DNA of 64,000 nucleotides, taken from the NCBI GenBank assembly GCA_021513715.1, contig CP084167.1, forward strand, positions 1,600,001 to 1,664,000, read 5' to 3'. A model generated the notes under the pieces. It worked only from the letters and a program-made list of their open reading frames with translations, made no database searches and had not been told where the DNA came from. Positions 28,446 to 38,904 of the stretch are shown piece by piece (position 1 is the stretch's first letter; each line of letters starts with the position of its first letter). The translations under genes and the position numbers were made by a program. This DNA is from Candidatus Heimdallarchaeum endolithica. Its GTDB lineage: Archaea > Asgardarchaeota > Heimdallarchaeia > Heimdallarchaeales > Heimdallarchaeaceae.

Positions 28446-29312
28446 ATGAGTATTCGAATTGTAACAGATAGTGCGTCTGATATAGATAGAAACTTTGCTA
28501 AAGAAAAAAAAGTAGCCGTTGTTCCTTTATCTGTCACCTATAATACTGGTGAAACATTTAAAGAAGATGAGAATTTCGATTTTGACAAATATTACAATAA
28601 TTATTCAGATCCAGATTTTTCGGTAACAACGTCACAACCTTCACCAAAGGATTTTCTTAACGTGTATGAACAGTTAAAAAAAGAATGTGCAAAAGAAATT
28701 ATTGTAATTACAATTAGTTCTGGTCTATCTGGAACTCTTAATAGTGCACAATTAGCAGCTAAAATGTTTCTGAAAATAGAAAAAGATATTGAAATTTATT
28801 TTGTAGACTCATTAAATGCTTCCATACCAGAAACTTTTCTTGTAGAAGAGGGGCTAAAATTAATAGATAAGGGTCTTTCAGGTAAGGAAATAGCTGAAAA
28901 GCTGCAAAACTCTACAAATAAAATAACTACATTAATTTTATTACCTACACTTTATTATCTAAGAAAAGGAGGAAGAATAAGCGCTGCTAAATATCTCCTC
29001 GGAAGGTTGCTACAATTAAAACCCATCACAATTGTAAACGAAGAAGGAAAGAATGAAGTCACAGCTACTGTTCGAGATTATGATGAGGGATTAGTAAAAA
29101 TGATCGAGATAGCAACTCAAAACTATACAAGAACACCCGTAGAAGTTGCAATAGTACACACAAATAGTATGGAACGTGCAACTAAACTACAAAATTTAAT
29201 AAAAGAAAAACTTGGAGACATAAAAATACGTATTGTTAGAAGTGGAGTAACTATTTCTGCTCATACAGGATCAAAATGTGTTTCGCTTATATCAAAATTC
29301 TTTGAATTTTAA
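28446..29312 (+). CDS. DegV/FakB-family fatty-acid-binding protein
   Basis: IVTDSASD, TTSQPSP, ISSGLSGT, VDS, YLRKGGRI, AHTG. Confidence 0.93.
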   Translation: MSIRIVTDSASDIDRNFAKEKKVAVVPLSVTYNTGETFKEDENFDFDKYYNNYSDPDFSVTTSQPSPKDFLNVYEQLKKECAKEIIVITISSGLSGTLNSAQLAAKMFLKIEKDIEIYFVDSLNASIPETFLVEEGLKLIDKGLSGKEIAEKLQNSTNKITTLILLPTLYYLRKGGRISAAKYLLGRLLQLKPITIVNEEGKNEVTATVRDYDEGLVKMIEIATQNYTRTPVEVAIVHTNSMERATKLQNLIKEKLGDIKIRIVRSGVTISAHTGSKCVSLISKFFEF

Positions 29313-29343
29313 TTTTACTTCTTTTTTTAAAAAAAGAAAAAAG

Positions 29344-30036
29344 TTATTTTAGAATAATTCTTGCATCTACAGGAAATATTCCATCAGAGTTTGCAATTAA
29401 AGGATTAATATCCATTTCTCCTATGTATTCTCTGTATTCCCATGCTAAGTTAGAAAGTTTAGACATAATTTCTGCAAGTTGTTCTCTATTAACTGGAGCT
29501 AATCCTCGAAAGCCATTAAGCAATTTTTGTGTTTTTATTTCGTCAATGGCAGATAATGCTTGTTCTAGAGAGCATGGACACATTCTAAACACAACATCCT
29601 TTAGAGCTTCTACAAAGATACCACCTGGACCTACTAATATTACTGGTCCAAATGTTTTATCAATTTGGCTTCCTATAATTAGCTCAACTCCTTTTGCAAC
29701 CATTTTCTCTACCAATATTCCCACAACTTCTTTTTCAGCAAAACGGTTCATATAATCGTTAAATGTTTCTTTCACTTCTTCTACTGTAGCAATACCTATC
29801 TTTACAGCTTGTTCATCAGTTTTATGTAAAACTTTTGGTGACATCACTTTCATTGCAACAGGGCCATTAAATTCATTGAAAGCTTTAATTGCTTCTTCTT
29901 CTGTTTTAACAAGTTTCGAAGGTGGTAAAGGCAGGTCTAACAATCTAAGAATTTCTTTTGCTTCATGTTCAAGTAGAGCTTTTCTATTTTCCGACTTAAC
30001 TTTTTCGAATATTTCTTTTATTTGTACGTTCATCAT
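29344..30036 (-). CDS. acdB: ADP-forming acyl-CoA synthetase beta subunit
   Basis: LLEHEAKEIL, HKTD, FGPVILVGPGGIFVE, EMDINPL, VDARIIL. Confidence 0.92.
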   Translation of the reverse strand: MMNVQIKEIFEKVKSENRKALLEHEAKEILRLLDLPLPPSKLVKTEEEAIKAFNEFNGPVAMKVMSPKVLHKTDEQAVKIGIATVEEVKETFNDYMNRFAEKEVVGILVEKMVAKGVELIIGSQIDKTFGPVILVGPGGIFVEALKDVVFRMCPCSLEQALSAIDEIKTQKLLNGFRGLAPVNREQLAEIMSKLSNLAWEYREYIGEMDINPLIANSDGIFPVDARIILK

Positions 30037-30047
30037 CCCATCTCCTT

Positions 30048-31460
30048 TTACAAATTTTTCCCTCTCTTCTTCAAGTAATTTGCATATTCAACAAGTCTTC
30101 CTACAGCTCTTATCGCGCTTCCAGGACTTTTAAAAACAGCAAAGTCTTCTTTTAGCAATACATCATAAGCATAATCTGCTTCCTCTCCTCCTATAAGTGC
30201 TGTTACAAAAGTTTTCTCTTTTCTGCTTGCTATTTTTCTTGTTATTTCAATATATTCATTGATATCTAAGTTAGGGATACTTGGAATACAGATATTAACT
30301 ACTGCATCAACCCCAGGATCTTCATAAACTGCTTCTAAAGCTTTTTCATAATCTTTTGCACTCGCTGAACCAGTAATATCAACAGGATTTGTTGTTGAAT
30401 AAAAGACGGGAAAGATCTCATCCATTTTTTTCTGAATCTCTGGTGAAAATTTAGCTAGTTGCAGTTTACAATCAGAAACCATATCAGAAGCCATCACACC
30501 AGCTCCTCCTCCATCTGTTACTATAGCAACTTTATTACCTTTGGGAAGAGGTTGGGTTGCAAATGAAATAACACAATCCTCTAGCTCATCCCAAGTAATT
30601 ACTCTCTGAAATCCTGCTTCTTGAAGCAAATCATCTACAATTGCATCATTTGAAGATAATGCTGCAGTATGTGACGCACCAGCCTTAGCGCCAGCTTCTG
30701 TTCTATTTGCTTTTATTCCAAGTACTGGTTTCTTTAAACTTACTTCTCTTAAGGTTCGCATAAATTTTCTACCGTTCTTAAAATCTTCAAGGTAAACAAG
30801 AATCATTTTAGTATCTTCATCTTCGCCTAAGTATTCAATACAATCTGCTTCATTAATATCAGAAGCATTGCCATAAGAAATAAATCGCGCAATCCAATTT
30901 CCAGAACCCAGTCTAGCTAACTGATCAATAAATGCTGCACCAAATGCTCCACTTTGCGTAAAAATTGACACATTTCCAGGTTTTGGCCTTTTTAGCTTGC
31001 TTGTTGGTAAGAACATAGTATCATAACCTAATGCAGGAGAATATAATCCCAAACAATTAGGCCCAATAACGTTAATGTTATATGTTTTCATAATTTCATT
31101 CATTCTATTCTGTATAGCAACTCCTTCCTCACCTATTTCTGCAAAACCCCCAGTAGTTACAATTACATTTTTGATATTCTTTTTTCCACATTCTTCCAAC
31201 GCTTGTGGGGCAAACTTTGCTGGAACGATTATAATTGCAGTATCAATTTCTTCTTCAATATCTAACACAGATTTATATAAAGTATATTCTTTACCTGCAA
31301 AAATATGTGTTCCTCCCCGAGGATTGACTAAAAACAATTTACCGGGAAAATCTTTTGCAAAATTTTCAGCAACAACGCCTCCAGGCTTCAATAAATTTGT
31401 TGAAGCACCAATTACACAGAAACTTTTCGCATTAAAGAAATTAGTTATTCTATTGCTCAT
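30048..31460 (-). CDS. acdA: ADP-forming acyl-CoA synthetase alpha subunit
   Basis: VIGAS, GPNCLG, TQSGA, SYGN, catalytic SHT, NPVDITG. Confidence 0.93.
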   Translation of the reverse strand: MSNRITNFFNAKSFCVIGASTNLLKPGGVVAENFAKDFPGKLFLVNPRGGTHIFAGKEYTLYKSVLDIEEEIDTAIIIVPAKFAPQALEECGKKNIKNVIVTTGGFAEIGEEGVAIQNRMNEIMKTYNINVIGPNCLGLYSPALGYDTMFLPTSKLKRPKPGNVSIFTQSGAFGAAFIDQLARLGSGNWIARFISYGNASDINEADCIEYLGEDEDTKMILVYLEDFKNGRKFMRTLREVSLKKPVLGIKANRTEAGAKAGASHTAALSSNDAIVDDLLQEAGFQRVITWDELEDCVISFATQPLPKGNKVAIVTDGGGAGVMASDMVSDCKLQLAKFSPEIQKKMDEIFPVFYSTTNPVDITGSASAKDYEKALEAVYEDPGVDAVVNICIPSIPNLDINEYIEITRKIASRKEKTFVTALIGGEEADYAYDVLLKEDFAVFKSPGSAIRAVGRLVEYANYLKKRGKNL

Positions 31461-31587
31461 TCTTATCGTTTTTCAGATTTTTAAATGGATTAAAAATTTT
31501 TGGAAAAATACCTTTTACGAAATACAATTAATTACTAATAAAAATTAAATAGGAGAAATGAGATTGTAAAAAAAGGAAGGGTTTACA

Positions 31588-32049
31588 TTGAGAAAAAGCA
31601 GAAGTCTATCAAATATCTTTGCAATATTCATAGGAGTTGTTGCAATTGGCGGAATCGGTTATTTAGGTTCCTATTTGAATATTGGATGGATAGTATTAGT
31701 AGGAATATTCGTTGGTGCTCTTCTCATAGGTTTTTTTGCTTATGGTGACGATGGAGTTAAACTTGCTGTAATTTTTGGATTTATTTTAGTCGTATTGGGT
31801 ATAATAACTGCAGTAATTCTTTATACTCAATTTGGGCAACTAACAGGAAGTGCAGATAATATCGCTGAAGCAATAGGAAATATTATAGGAGGAATATTAC
31901 TACTAGTCTTAGCTATTTTTGCATTTATTGGAAGCATAGTAGTTGCAGTAATAATGGCCATTGGTTCTGTAATTGGACGTGCAATAGGAAGATCTGTTTG
32001 GGATGAAAAAGAGCGTCAAACAGCAAAATATGCAGAAATGGTGAAATAG
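31588..32049 (+). CDS. Small Gly-rich membrane protein
   Basis: Four to five hydrophobic segments. Confidence 0.75.
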   Translation: MRKSRSLSNIFAIFIGVVAIGGIGYLGSYLNIGWIVLVGIFVGALLIGFFAYGDDGVKLAVIFGFILVVLGIITAVILYTQFGQLTGSADNIAEAIGNIIGGILLLVLAIFAFIGSIVVAVIMAIGSVIGRAIGRSVWDEKERQTAKYAEMVK

Positions 32050-32112
32050 TAAGTTGCCATTAAACAGATATTCAGTAGAAATCTTTTTTACCCCATTTTT
32101 TTTGTTGCAAAT

Positions 32113-33318
32113 ATGAACGATAATTTGGCAGAGTTACCTCTTTACTGGCAAGCACAATATCAATCTACCTTAATCACTAAAATTACAGAGATAAAAGGAA
32201 ATAATATTTCATTTAAGCAAACAATTTTTTATCCTGGTGGAGGAGGACAACCTTGTGACGAAGGACTTTTAGAATTTAGAAAAGGAGAGAGTTCGGAAGA
32301 ATTCAAGATAATATCCACCTATAAAGAAGATGGAAAAATTTGGCATAAACTTGATCATGAAGGAATCTATTTGTCTCCTGGGCAACAAGTATTACTTAAG
32401 CTAAATTGGGAAAAAAGATATAGTTTAATGAGAGCTCACACTGCACAACACCTTTTTTCTCATTTTATAAAAAAGAAACTTGATTGTGAAACATTGAAAG
32501 CAAATTTTGAGCCTTTTGTCATAGATATCGAAGTAAACAAGGATCTCAGCGTTGAAGATGTTCTCGAAGTTCTTTCAGATGTTAACCTCACAATATCAGA
32601 AAACAGTAAAGTTAATAGTATTATTGTAAGTCAAGAAGAATACCAGAAAAAATATAGACATAAAATTCGAGGAAAAGATTCAAAAGAAACTATAGTTCGG
32701 TTGATAGAGATTGAGAAAATAAATGATTTAGTCTGTTGTGGAGGAATACACATAGATAATTTACTTGAAATACAAGGAATAGTTTTACAAGAAATAAAAC
32801 ATAATAAGATTAAACTCTTAATCGGCGAGCACGGGCTTTTTTATGCTAATAAACAGAGAGATTTTATTATCCAGCTTGAAAAAATTACAACAAAAAAGGA
32901 TGATAAACTCATTAACGTAATAAAAAATAGATTTGAAGATTATATTAGAGTAAATGATGCACTAGTAGAAACATTATCCTTGATATTCAAGAATATCAAA
33001 CAGGATACTGAAATGGTTAAAGAACTAAATTATGTATCTCTCCAATTACCCAATTTGAATCGAGAAACAATAATTAATTCAATTAAAACTGTTCCTCCTA
33101 GTGTTTTCATCACCTTACTAGGGCATAATAATATTCTTTATCTTATATCCACTTCTGATGTTTCTTCTGCAGATGTTGTAAAAAAATTACAAGAGACAAA
33201 TAGCTACAAAGGAGGAGGAAACCAGAAATTCGCCCAAATAAAATTAGAAGAAACTGAAAAAATAGAAGAAGTAGAGAAAAAAATTAAGCAAATTATTGAT
33301 AATATGCAATCAAACTAA
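32113..33318 (+). CDS. alaX: AlaX-type aminoacyl-tRNA editing protein with a DHHA1-like tail
   Basis: FYPGGGGQPCD, HTAQH, CCGGIH, C-terminal KGGGN. Confidence 0.88.
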   Translation: MNDNLAELPLYWQAQYQSTLITKITEIKGNNISFKQTIFYPGGGGQPCDEGLLEFRKGESSEEFKIISTYKEDGKIWHKLDHEGIYLSPGQQVLLKLNWEKRYSLMRAHTAQHLFSHFIKKKLDCETLKANFEPFVIDIEVNKDLSVEDVLEVLSDVNLTISENSKVNSIIVSQEEYQKKYRHKIRGKDSKETIVRLIEIEKINDLVCCGGIHIDNLLEIQGIVLQEIKHNKIKLLIGEHGLFYANKQRDFIIQLEKITTKKDDKLINVIKNRFEDYIRVNDALVETLSLIFKNIKQDTEMVKELNYVSLQLPNLNRETIINSIKTVPPSVFITLLGHNNILYLISTSDVSSADVVKKLQETNSYKGGGNQKFAQIKLEETEKIEEVEKKIKQIIDNMQSN

Positions 33319-34280
33319 AGCCAAGTATAAGTAATAGGTTTGGATTTTTCGTTTTTTTGTACTTTCTTTTCATCAATTAATTTGTTAAGATGAGCTAAGA
33401 TATTTAATTTAGGTGCTAATACTTGATAATATCCATACCATATTATTCCTTGAGCAGTGTTACATCTCTCTGCAAGTTCTTCAGCAGTTAAATATTTTTT
33501 TTCAGACATTGCCATCTCAATTTGTCTTTCATAATCATTAAAGGACCTAAGTACATCTTCTACATAAGGAACAATGTGTCTTCCTTCTTGATATTGATCA
33601 TGTGAAGGACAGAGATAATGTATTGTAGCTTTCTGAAGAAACTCAACGTTTCTCAACCATTCTTTGTAAGAACCTGTTTGATCTATCAAATAACTATGAG
33701 GGAGAGCAGGATAGATATTTAAAGCGTCTCCTATAAACATTGCTTTGTCTAGAGTTGAAAAATACATTGTATGACCTTCACAATGTGAGTCAAAGTTTAT
33801 TGTCATAATTTTAGTTGAACCAAGTTCAAATTTGTCTCCATCTGAAAATAGTATATCTGGCTCGATTCTGCTCAGGTCGTCAAAAGGATCTTTCTTTATT
33901 GCAAAGTACAGTTTTTCTTTTTTCGTAAAAGAAAAGTTTTTTGATCTTAAGACACTAGCAGGTTTTTTAGCTGTTTCTTCAAGTTTTTCGTTTAAGACGA
34001 TTTGTGCTTTTGGAAAAAGCCTTTTTAACCTATACACTCCTCCAGCATTGTCAGGATGAATGTGAGTTAAAAAGATATATTTTACCTTATCTGCACTTTT
34101 TCCTTTATCATGTATTGCTTGCTCGAAATAGTTCTCTATTGTTCCCTTTTTTCCAGTATCAATAATTGCGAATTCTTCGTCACCTACAATATATCCCCTA
34201 TTTAGTTCTCCTCCTGGCCCTGCAGAACCATCAACAATAGTCAATCTATCATTTATATTACGTATTGCTTCTCCAAACAT
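33315..34280 (-). CDS. Metallo-beta-lactamase-fold hydrolase with a C-terminal wHTH-like region
   Basis: IIDTG, THIHPDN (variant of HxHxDH), HCEGH, GDA, PSH. ATG 34280 is preferred because the upstream extension overlaps the next gene. Confidence 0.85.
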   Translation of the reverse strand: MFGEAIRNINDRLTIVDGSAGPGGELNRGYIVGDEEFAIIDTGKKGTIENYFEQAIHDKGKSADKVKYIFLTHIHPDNAGGVYRLKRLFPKAQIVLNEKLEETAKKPASVLRSKNFSFTKKEKLYFAIKKDPFDDLSRIEPDILFSDGDKFELGSTKIMTINFDSHCEGHTMYFSTLDKAMFIGDALNIYPALPHSYLIDQTGSYKEWLRNVEFLQKATIHYLCPSHDQYQEGRHIVPYVEDVLRSFNDYERQIEMAMSEKKYLTAEELAERCNTAQGIIWYGYYQVLAPKLNILAHLNKLIDEKKVQKNEKSKPITYTWL

Positions 34281-34296
34281 TTTCTTTCTCCACTCA

Positions 34297-35118
34297 TTAT
34301 TTTGCTTCAGCCAATATAGCTGCAACAGCATTGCTTACTTTTTTCATTTTACTTAGTTCTTCAGAAACACGTTTCTTTTCATTTTCATAATTTGTTTCTG
34401 ATATTTCTCCAGTCTGGAATTTTACATAAAGTATTTCCAATTCTTTCTGAAGAGCTTTTAATTTTCTACTTACTGCATCAAATGTTTTTCTCATCTTTGC
34501 AAGTTCTATATTAAGTTTAACTGTAAGATTTTCTATATTTTTCTTATATTTTGCTTCCATTTCAGCGATTGTTGATGCACTTATAGCTTTATCACCTTTT
34601 AAAGATTTTAACTTTTTTAGTTTTATTCGTTCATTATTTCTATCTTCAATAATTTCCTCAATTGGTAATATCCCTTCAAAATCTTCAAATTCTTTTTCAA
34701 GTTCAGTTACCTCTTCTACTTCTTGCTTTAGTTTCTTTATCTTTGGCAAAGCTTCTTCTTTTGGAATGAGTTTATTTGTTACCCGGTCTAAGAGAATATT
34801 TATCTCATTATCAAGTTCTTTCTTCTTTTTCAGGAGTTCATTATACTTTTCTCTTGAGATAATTACATATGCTATCCTTTCAACGAGTTCATCATCGGTT
34901 AATTCTTTCTTTTCTTCTTTTTCTTCGACTACTTCTTCTTCAGCTGGTTTAATTGACTCATATATTACCCCAGTAGGGCTTTCAGGATCTTCAATAGCTA
35001 TTTCTTCTTTAATTGGATCAACTTGTTCTAAATCATGTTCTAATCTTGCTCCACACCGTCTGCAAAAATTCCATGATTGTTTTACTGGACTGTGACAGTA
35101 AGGACATTCTGATGACAT
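34297..35118 (-). CDS. Zn-ribbon plus coiled-coil protein, CdvA-like
   Basis: CPYC...CRRCG; long coiled coils ending ELEILYVKFQTGEISETNY. Confidence 0.6.
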   Translation of the reverse strand: MSSECPYCHSPVKQSWNFCRRCGARLEHDLEQVDPIKEEIAIEDPESPTGVIYESIKPAEEEVVEEKEEKKELTDDELVERIAYVIISREKYNELLKKKKELDNEINILLDRVTNKLIPKEEALPKIKKLKQEVEEVTELEKEFEDFEGILPIEEIIEDRNNERIKLKKLKSLKGDKAISASTIAEMEAKYKKNIENLTVKLNIELAKMRKTFDAVSRKLKALQKELEILYVKFQTGEISETNYENEKKRVSEELSKMKKVSNAVAAILAEAK

Positions 35119-35278
35119 TTCTTGGACACCTTTTTTAATCTGTTAATATATGAAACTTCAATTAATAAAAATATATTCTTTTCCTAAAGAAAGTAAAAAT
35201 GCAAATTTTTTTTAAAAAATTAAATAAAATTAAAATACTAGTTGCCTTTAGCACTAAAACAAGCAAAAATAGAAATAA

Positions 35279-37807
35279 TCATTTATTCAATTCATTTACT
35301 ATCTTAAACTCTGTGTCACGTATCTGGTCAACAAAAATAGAATATCTTGCAAATTCAAGTATTTCTAGAAGCATTGATTTTAGATCTTCATATTTTCTTG
35401 GCGTTCTTATAATTGACAATTTAGACCCAGTATCTCCACTCCATACTGAAAAATTATACTGATAATCAACTAACAAGTTACTTAAGGTTTCAAAACCTTT
35501 TTCTGTGAAAAAGGATGAAGCTTCAATAATACTCACTTGCTGTTTCTCTAACTCACCTATTAGATAATACCAAATTATTTCAATAAGGAAATATATTCCT
35601 TGGAAATAATATAAATTATAGTCATAACTTAAAGTTCTCAACAGTTTGATATAGTTTCCTAGCTCTGCTTTCTTTATTTCATCAAATCCAATTTCTGGTG
35701 AGTATAAGTTTATCTCATTATATAATATATTAACTAAAATTTCTAGTGAGGTCAAAACATCTCTATTTTGGATACTCCCTTGTAAATACTTGATAAGACT
35801 TAGAAAATTATTTTCTTTTGTTTCAAATAGAGATAACTGTTTTGTGATAATTTCTGAATAGAGTGAAAATATCTCATGTTCGTTTTCCATAATTAAGCTT
35901 TCAAGTTTTTCTAATTGTTCAAACACTTGTTCTTTATCACCTTGAACTAAGTACAAAAAGATTTTTTCTCTTAAAACTGAGACAAGATATTTTGATATTT
36001 TTTCGTTTTCTAGTAAATTAACTGCAATGTTATACTCTTCTTTTGCTTTCTCCATTTTATTACTTGCTAAATAAGTTCTTCCCAAATTAATATGGAGCAC
36101 AATTAAGCTTAGTTTCTCATCTATTTGTTCTAGAGAATCTTTTAATTTTCTATATCTAGCAATTGCTTCATCAAAGCTTCCCTTAAGTGCTAAAGAGTCA
36201 GCTATTTTTCTTATACATCGAGTTTTTCCACTTGTATCAAAAATATCAGAATAATGGCTATAGGAAGATCGAAGTTTAACCAAAGCTTCATCATATCTTC
36301 CTTCTTTAATATCAAATTCTGCTTGGATTTCCTTGATTTCAGCTATCATCAAGTTATCAGATATTTTCATGTAATATTGTTTAGCTCTCTCAAGATATAT
36401 TGAAGCATCTTTTGAGTTACCAATCCTTATGTAAGCTTTTGCAATAACAATGTCACAATTAGCACTGTTCACATTATCTCCTACTTCAAGGTATAATATC
36501 TGTGCAGCTTTCAAAGCTTGAATTTGTTTCATTATGTTTTTACTTTGTTGAATATTAAGTTGAGCTCGCAATTTAATGGCATCAGCTTTTCCTTTTTGAT
36601 AGATGATTTCTTCAGATAAAGTTTCAATCTTATTTATTCTTTCCATAGCTTTTTTATAATTTCCCTGATAGAAGTCTCCTGATGCTATCTGAACTAAGGC
36701 TTTTGTAAATTGTTTTTTATTCGCTATATTTGTAATCATAGAATAGGCTTTTTTGTATATCTCCTGGGCTTTTTTCTTTTCATTTATGATAAAATAGCTA
36801 TCTGCCAACTCTAACATAGCCATGAGTATATTATTATAGTTCTTGTACTTACGAGACAAAGTTTCAGCTAGAGAATAGTTTTGTCTTGCATTAGTATGTT
36901 GACCCAACCTAACAAGTATTTTTCCTTTTACAAAGTAAGCCAATCCCAAATAATATTGAGACTTTTCTTGAAGACCTTTAATTGCTTGTGTAACGGCAAA
37001 ATTAGCTTGTTTTAATTCTCCTTTCAGATATAAAACATGAGCAACACCGATTTTTGCTGCTCCTACAAGAGCAGAATTTGAAAGATTGGTCGCTAATTCC
37101 AAGCAATCAGAATATATCTTTTCAGCAGAGATAAAATCAGAAAGATCTAATTTTTGGTCACCCAATATTAACAAAGCTAAAGATTGCCAAAATTGATCTC
37201 CTACAGATTTACAATATCCATAAAAATTATTAACTTGTTCATATCCTTCGATTGCACTTTTAGAGTGTATATCTATCAGTCCTTTGGCAAATAAGGAGAA
37301 TTTCTTTATCATTCCTGGTAAAAATCTACTTTGTCTTGAACTTAGAATAAGGTCAAGTTTTTCTACATATTCAAATAAACCGTCAGTGTCTCCTATTAAG
37401 CTTTTCAAATAAATGTATAAAATTATTGCTTCGATTAATGGAAGAATATCATTAGTTTCCATAGAAATAACTAATTCTAGGTTTGAAAAGGCTTCATCTA
37501 TTTCCCCTATTTCAAAGAGAGCAAAACTACCCCAAACAACAGAGCCTGGAACTTTATCATCTATGCTTTTTATTGCAACATCATAATGACCAACAATTGT
37601 ACCAATTTTTGCTGCTAAATATTTCAATTCCTCGTCACTTTCGTAAACTGGATCGCTAATAATATTCCACATCAAGCGCCCAATGTGACTAGAAGTGTCT
37701 GAACTCAATTTACCTTTTAACGTTTTAATGAATAACTCTCTAACTTCAACACTAATACGATTTTGATGAGCTTGGATTTCAGGTGGCAATGTATTCACTG
37801 GTCTCAT
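35279..37807 (-). CDS. Large tetratricopeptide-repeat protein
   Basis: Many ~40-aa TPR/NSF-attachment-like helical repeats, e.g. LGDQKLDLSDFISAEKIY and IADSLALKGSFDEAIARY. Confidence 0.85.
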   Translation of the reverse strand: MRPVNTLPPEIQAHQNRISVEVRELFIKTLKGKLSSDTSSHIGRLMWNIISDPVYESDEELKYLAAKIGTIVGHYDVAIKSIDDKVPGSVVWGSFALFEIGEIDEAFSNLELVISMETNDILPLIEAIILYIYLKSLIGDTDGLFEYVEKLDLILSSRQSRFLPGMIKKFSLFAKGLIDIHSKSAIEGYEQVNNFYGYCKSVGDQFWQSLALLILGDQKLDLSDFISAEKIYSDCLELATNLSNSALVGAAKIGVAHVLYLKGELKQANFAVTQAIKGLQEKSQYYLGLAYFVKGKILVRLGQHTNARQNYSLAETLSRKYKNYNNILMAMLELADSYFIINEKKKAQEIYKKAYSMITNIANKKQFTKALVQIASGDFYQGNYKKAMERINKIETLSEEIIYQKGKADAIKLRAQLNIQQSKNIMKQIQALKAAQILYLEVGDNVNSANCDIVIAKAYIRIGNSKDASIYLERAKQYYMKISDNLMIAEIKEIQAEFDIKEGRYDEALVKLRSSYSHYSDIFDTSGKTRCIRKIADSLALKGSFDEAIARYRKLKDSLEQIDEKLSLIVLHINLGRTYLASNKMEKAKEEYNIAVNLLENEKISKYLVSVLREKIFLYLVQGDKEQVFEQLEKLESLIMENEHEIFSLYSEIITKQLSLFETKENNFLSLIKYLQGSIQNRDVLTSLEILVNILYNEINLYSPEIGFDEIKKAELGNYIKLLRTLSYDYNLYYFQGIYFLIEIIWYYLIGELEKQQVSIIEASSFFTEKGFETLSNLLVDYQYNFSVWSGDTGSKLSIIRTPRKYEDLKSMLLEILEFARYSIFVDQIRDTEFKIVNELNK

Positions 37808-37916
37808 TGTAATATCAACTTTCTTAACGTAATGAAAAATATAGATTAATAACTAAAAAGCATTTCTCTCAAAAAAATGTTTTTAAAGAGAATAGATTAA
37901 ATGTAAGGTGAACAAA

Positions 37917-38159
37917 CTAAATACTTAAGCGTTCAAGATTCTTGTTTGTAACTTTTGTTACTTCTGGTACATATTCCTTTAATGTTTTTTCGACATAATT
38001 AGTTAAAGTATACTGAGAATATGGACAACCTGCACAAGTTCCTTGTAATTGTACAATTACTTCACCATCATCTTTTACTTCTAAAAGCTCAATATCTCCT
38101 CCATCTCTCTGGAGTGCAACTCTAATAGCGTTTAATACTTCTTGTACCTTTTCTTTCAT
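37917..38159 (-). CDS. NifU C-terminal domain (Nfu) Fe-S carrier
   Basis: IRVALQRDGGDIEL...LQGTCAGCP. Confidence 0.93.
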   Translation of the reverse strand: MKEKVQEVLNAIRVALQRDGGDIELLEVKDDGEVIVQLQGTCAGCPYSQYTLTNYVEKTLKEYVPEVTKVTNKNLERLSI

Positions 38160-38317
38160 CAGAATTACCTTTTAATTCAACATTATGACATGTTCTTATA
38201 AATATTACATTCCATACAAAAAAATAGTTATATAAATTATCAAATAATTGAACTATTTTCTTTCTATTCAAGGGAAATAGATTTTTAAAATCAACTAGTT
38301 TTTTTAAAAAGAGAATT

Positions 38318-38875
38318 ATGAAAATTGCAATTGGTACAAAAAACCCTGTAAAAATCAAAGCTACGATTGAAGCTTTTCAACAATATTATGATGACTTAGA
38401 ATACAAAACCTTCAATTTGAGTAAATATTCATCTGTTTTAAAACAACCTATGAGTATTAATGAAACGTTAGACTCTGCATTGAAGCGAATTGAAATAATT
38501 GAAAAAAAAAGTAAAAAGGTGGACTATTACGTTGCTCTAGAGGGAGGAGTAGGAATAGACAGTTTAGGTTTTTTTCTGACAGGATATGTTGCAATTAAGT
38601 CTATATCAGGAGAAATATCTGTTTCTGGAGGATATAGGATGCCATTACCCAAAAAAATCTTTGATGAACTCCAAAAAAACAAGGAGATAGAATTGGGAGA
38701 TATAATAGATAAATATTCTGGAACCAAAAATAGTAAACAAAAAGACGGGGCAATAGGTCTTTTTACTTCAGGAAAGTTAACAAGAAAAGAAACTTTCAAA
38801 CAAATGATTATTCTTGCACTAGTTCCTTTTACCAGCCCTGTTTATTCAAGAATAGAGAATAAGGAAAAAAATTAG
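38318..38875 (+). CDS. yjjX: Inosine/xanthosine triphosphatase (YjjX family)
   Basis: GTKNPVKI, QP, ALEGG, ELG, GAIGLFT..LTR. Confidence 0.9.
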   Translation: MKIAIGTKNPVKIKATIEAFQQYYDDLEYKTFNLSKYSSVLKQPMSINETLDSALKRIEIIEKKSKKVDYYVALEGGVGIDSLGFFLTGYVAIKSISGEISVSGGYRMPLPKKIFDELQKNKEIELGDIIDKYSGTKNSKQKDGAIGLFTSGKLTRKETFKQMIILALVPFTSPVYSRIENKEKN

Positions 38876-38904
38876 ACACAAAATACGTAAAGAAAGCCAA
38901 CATT

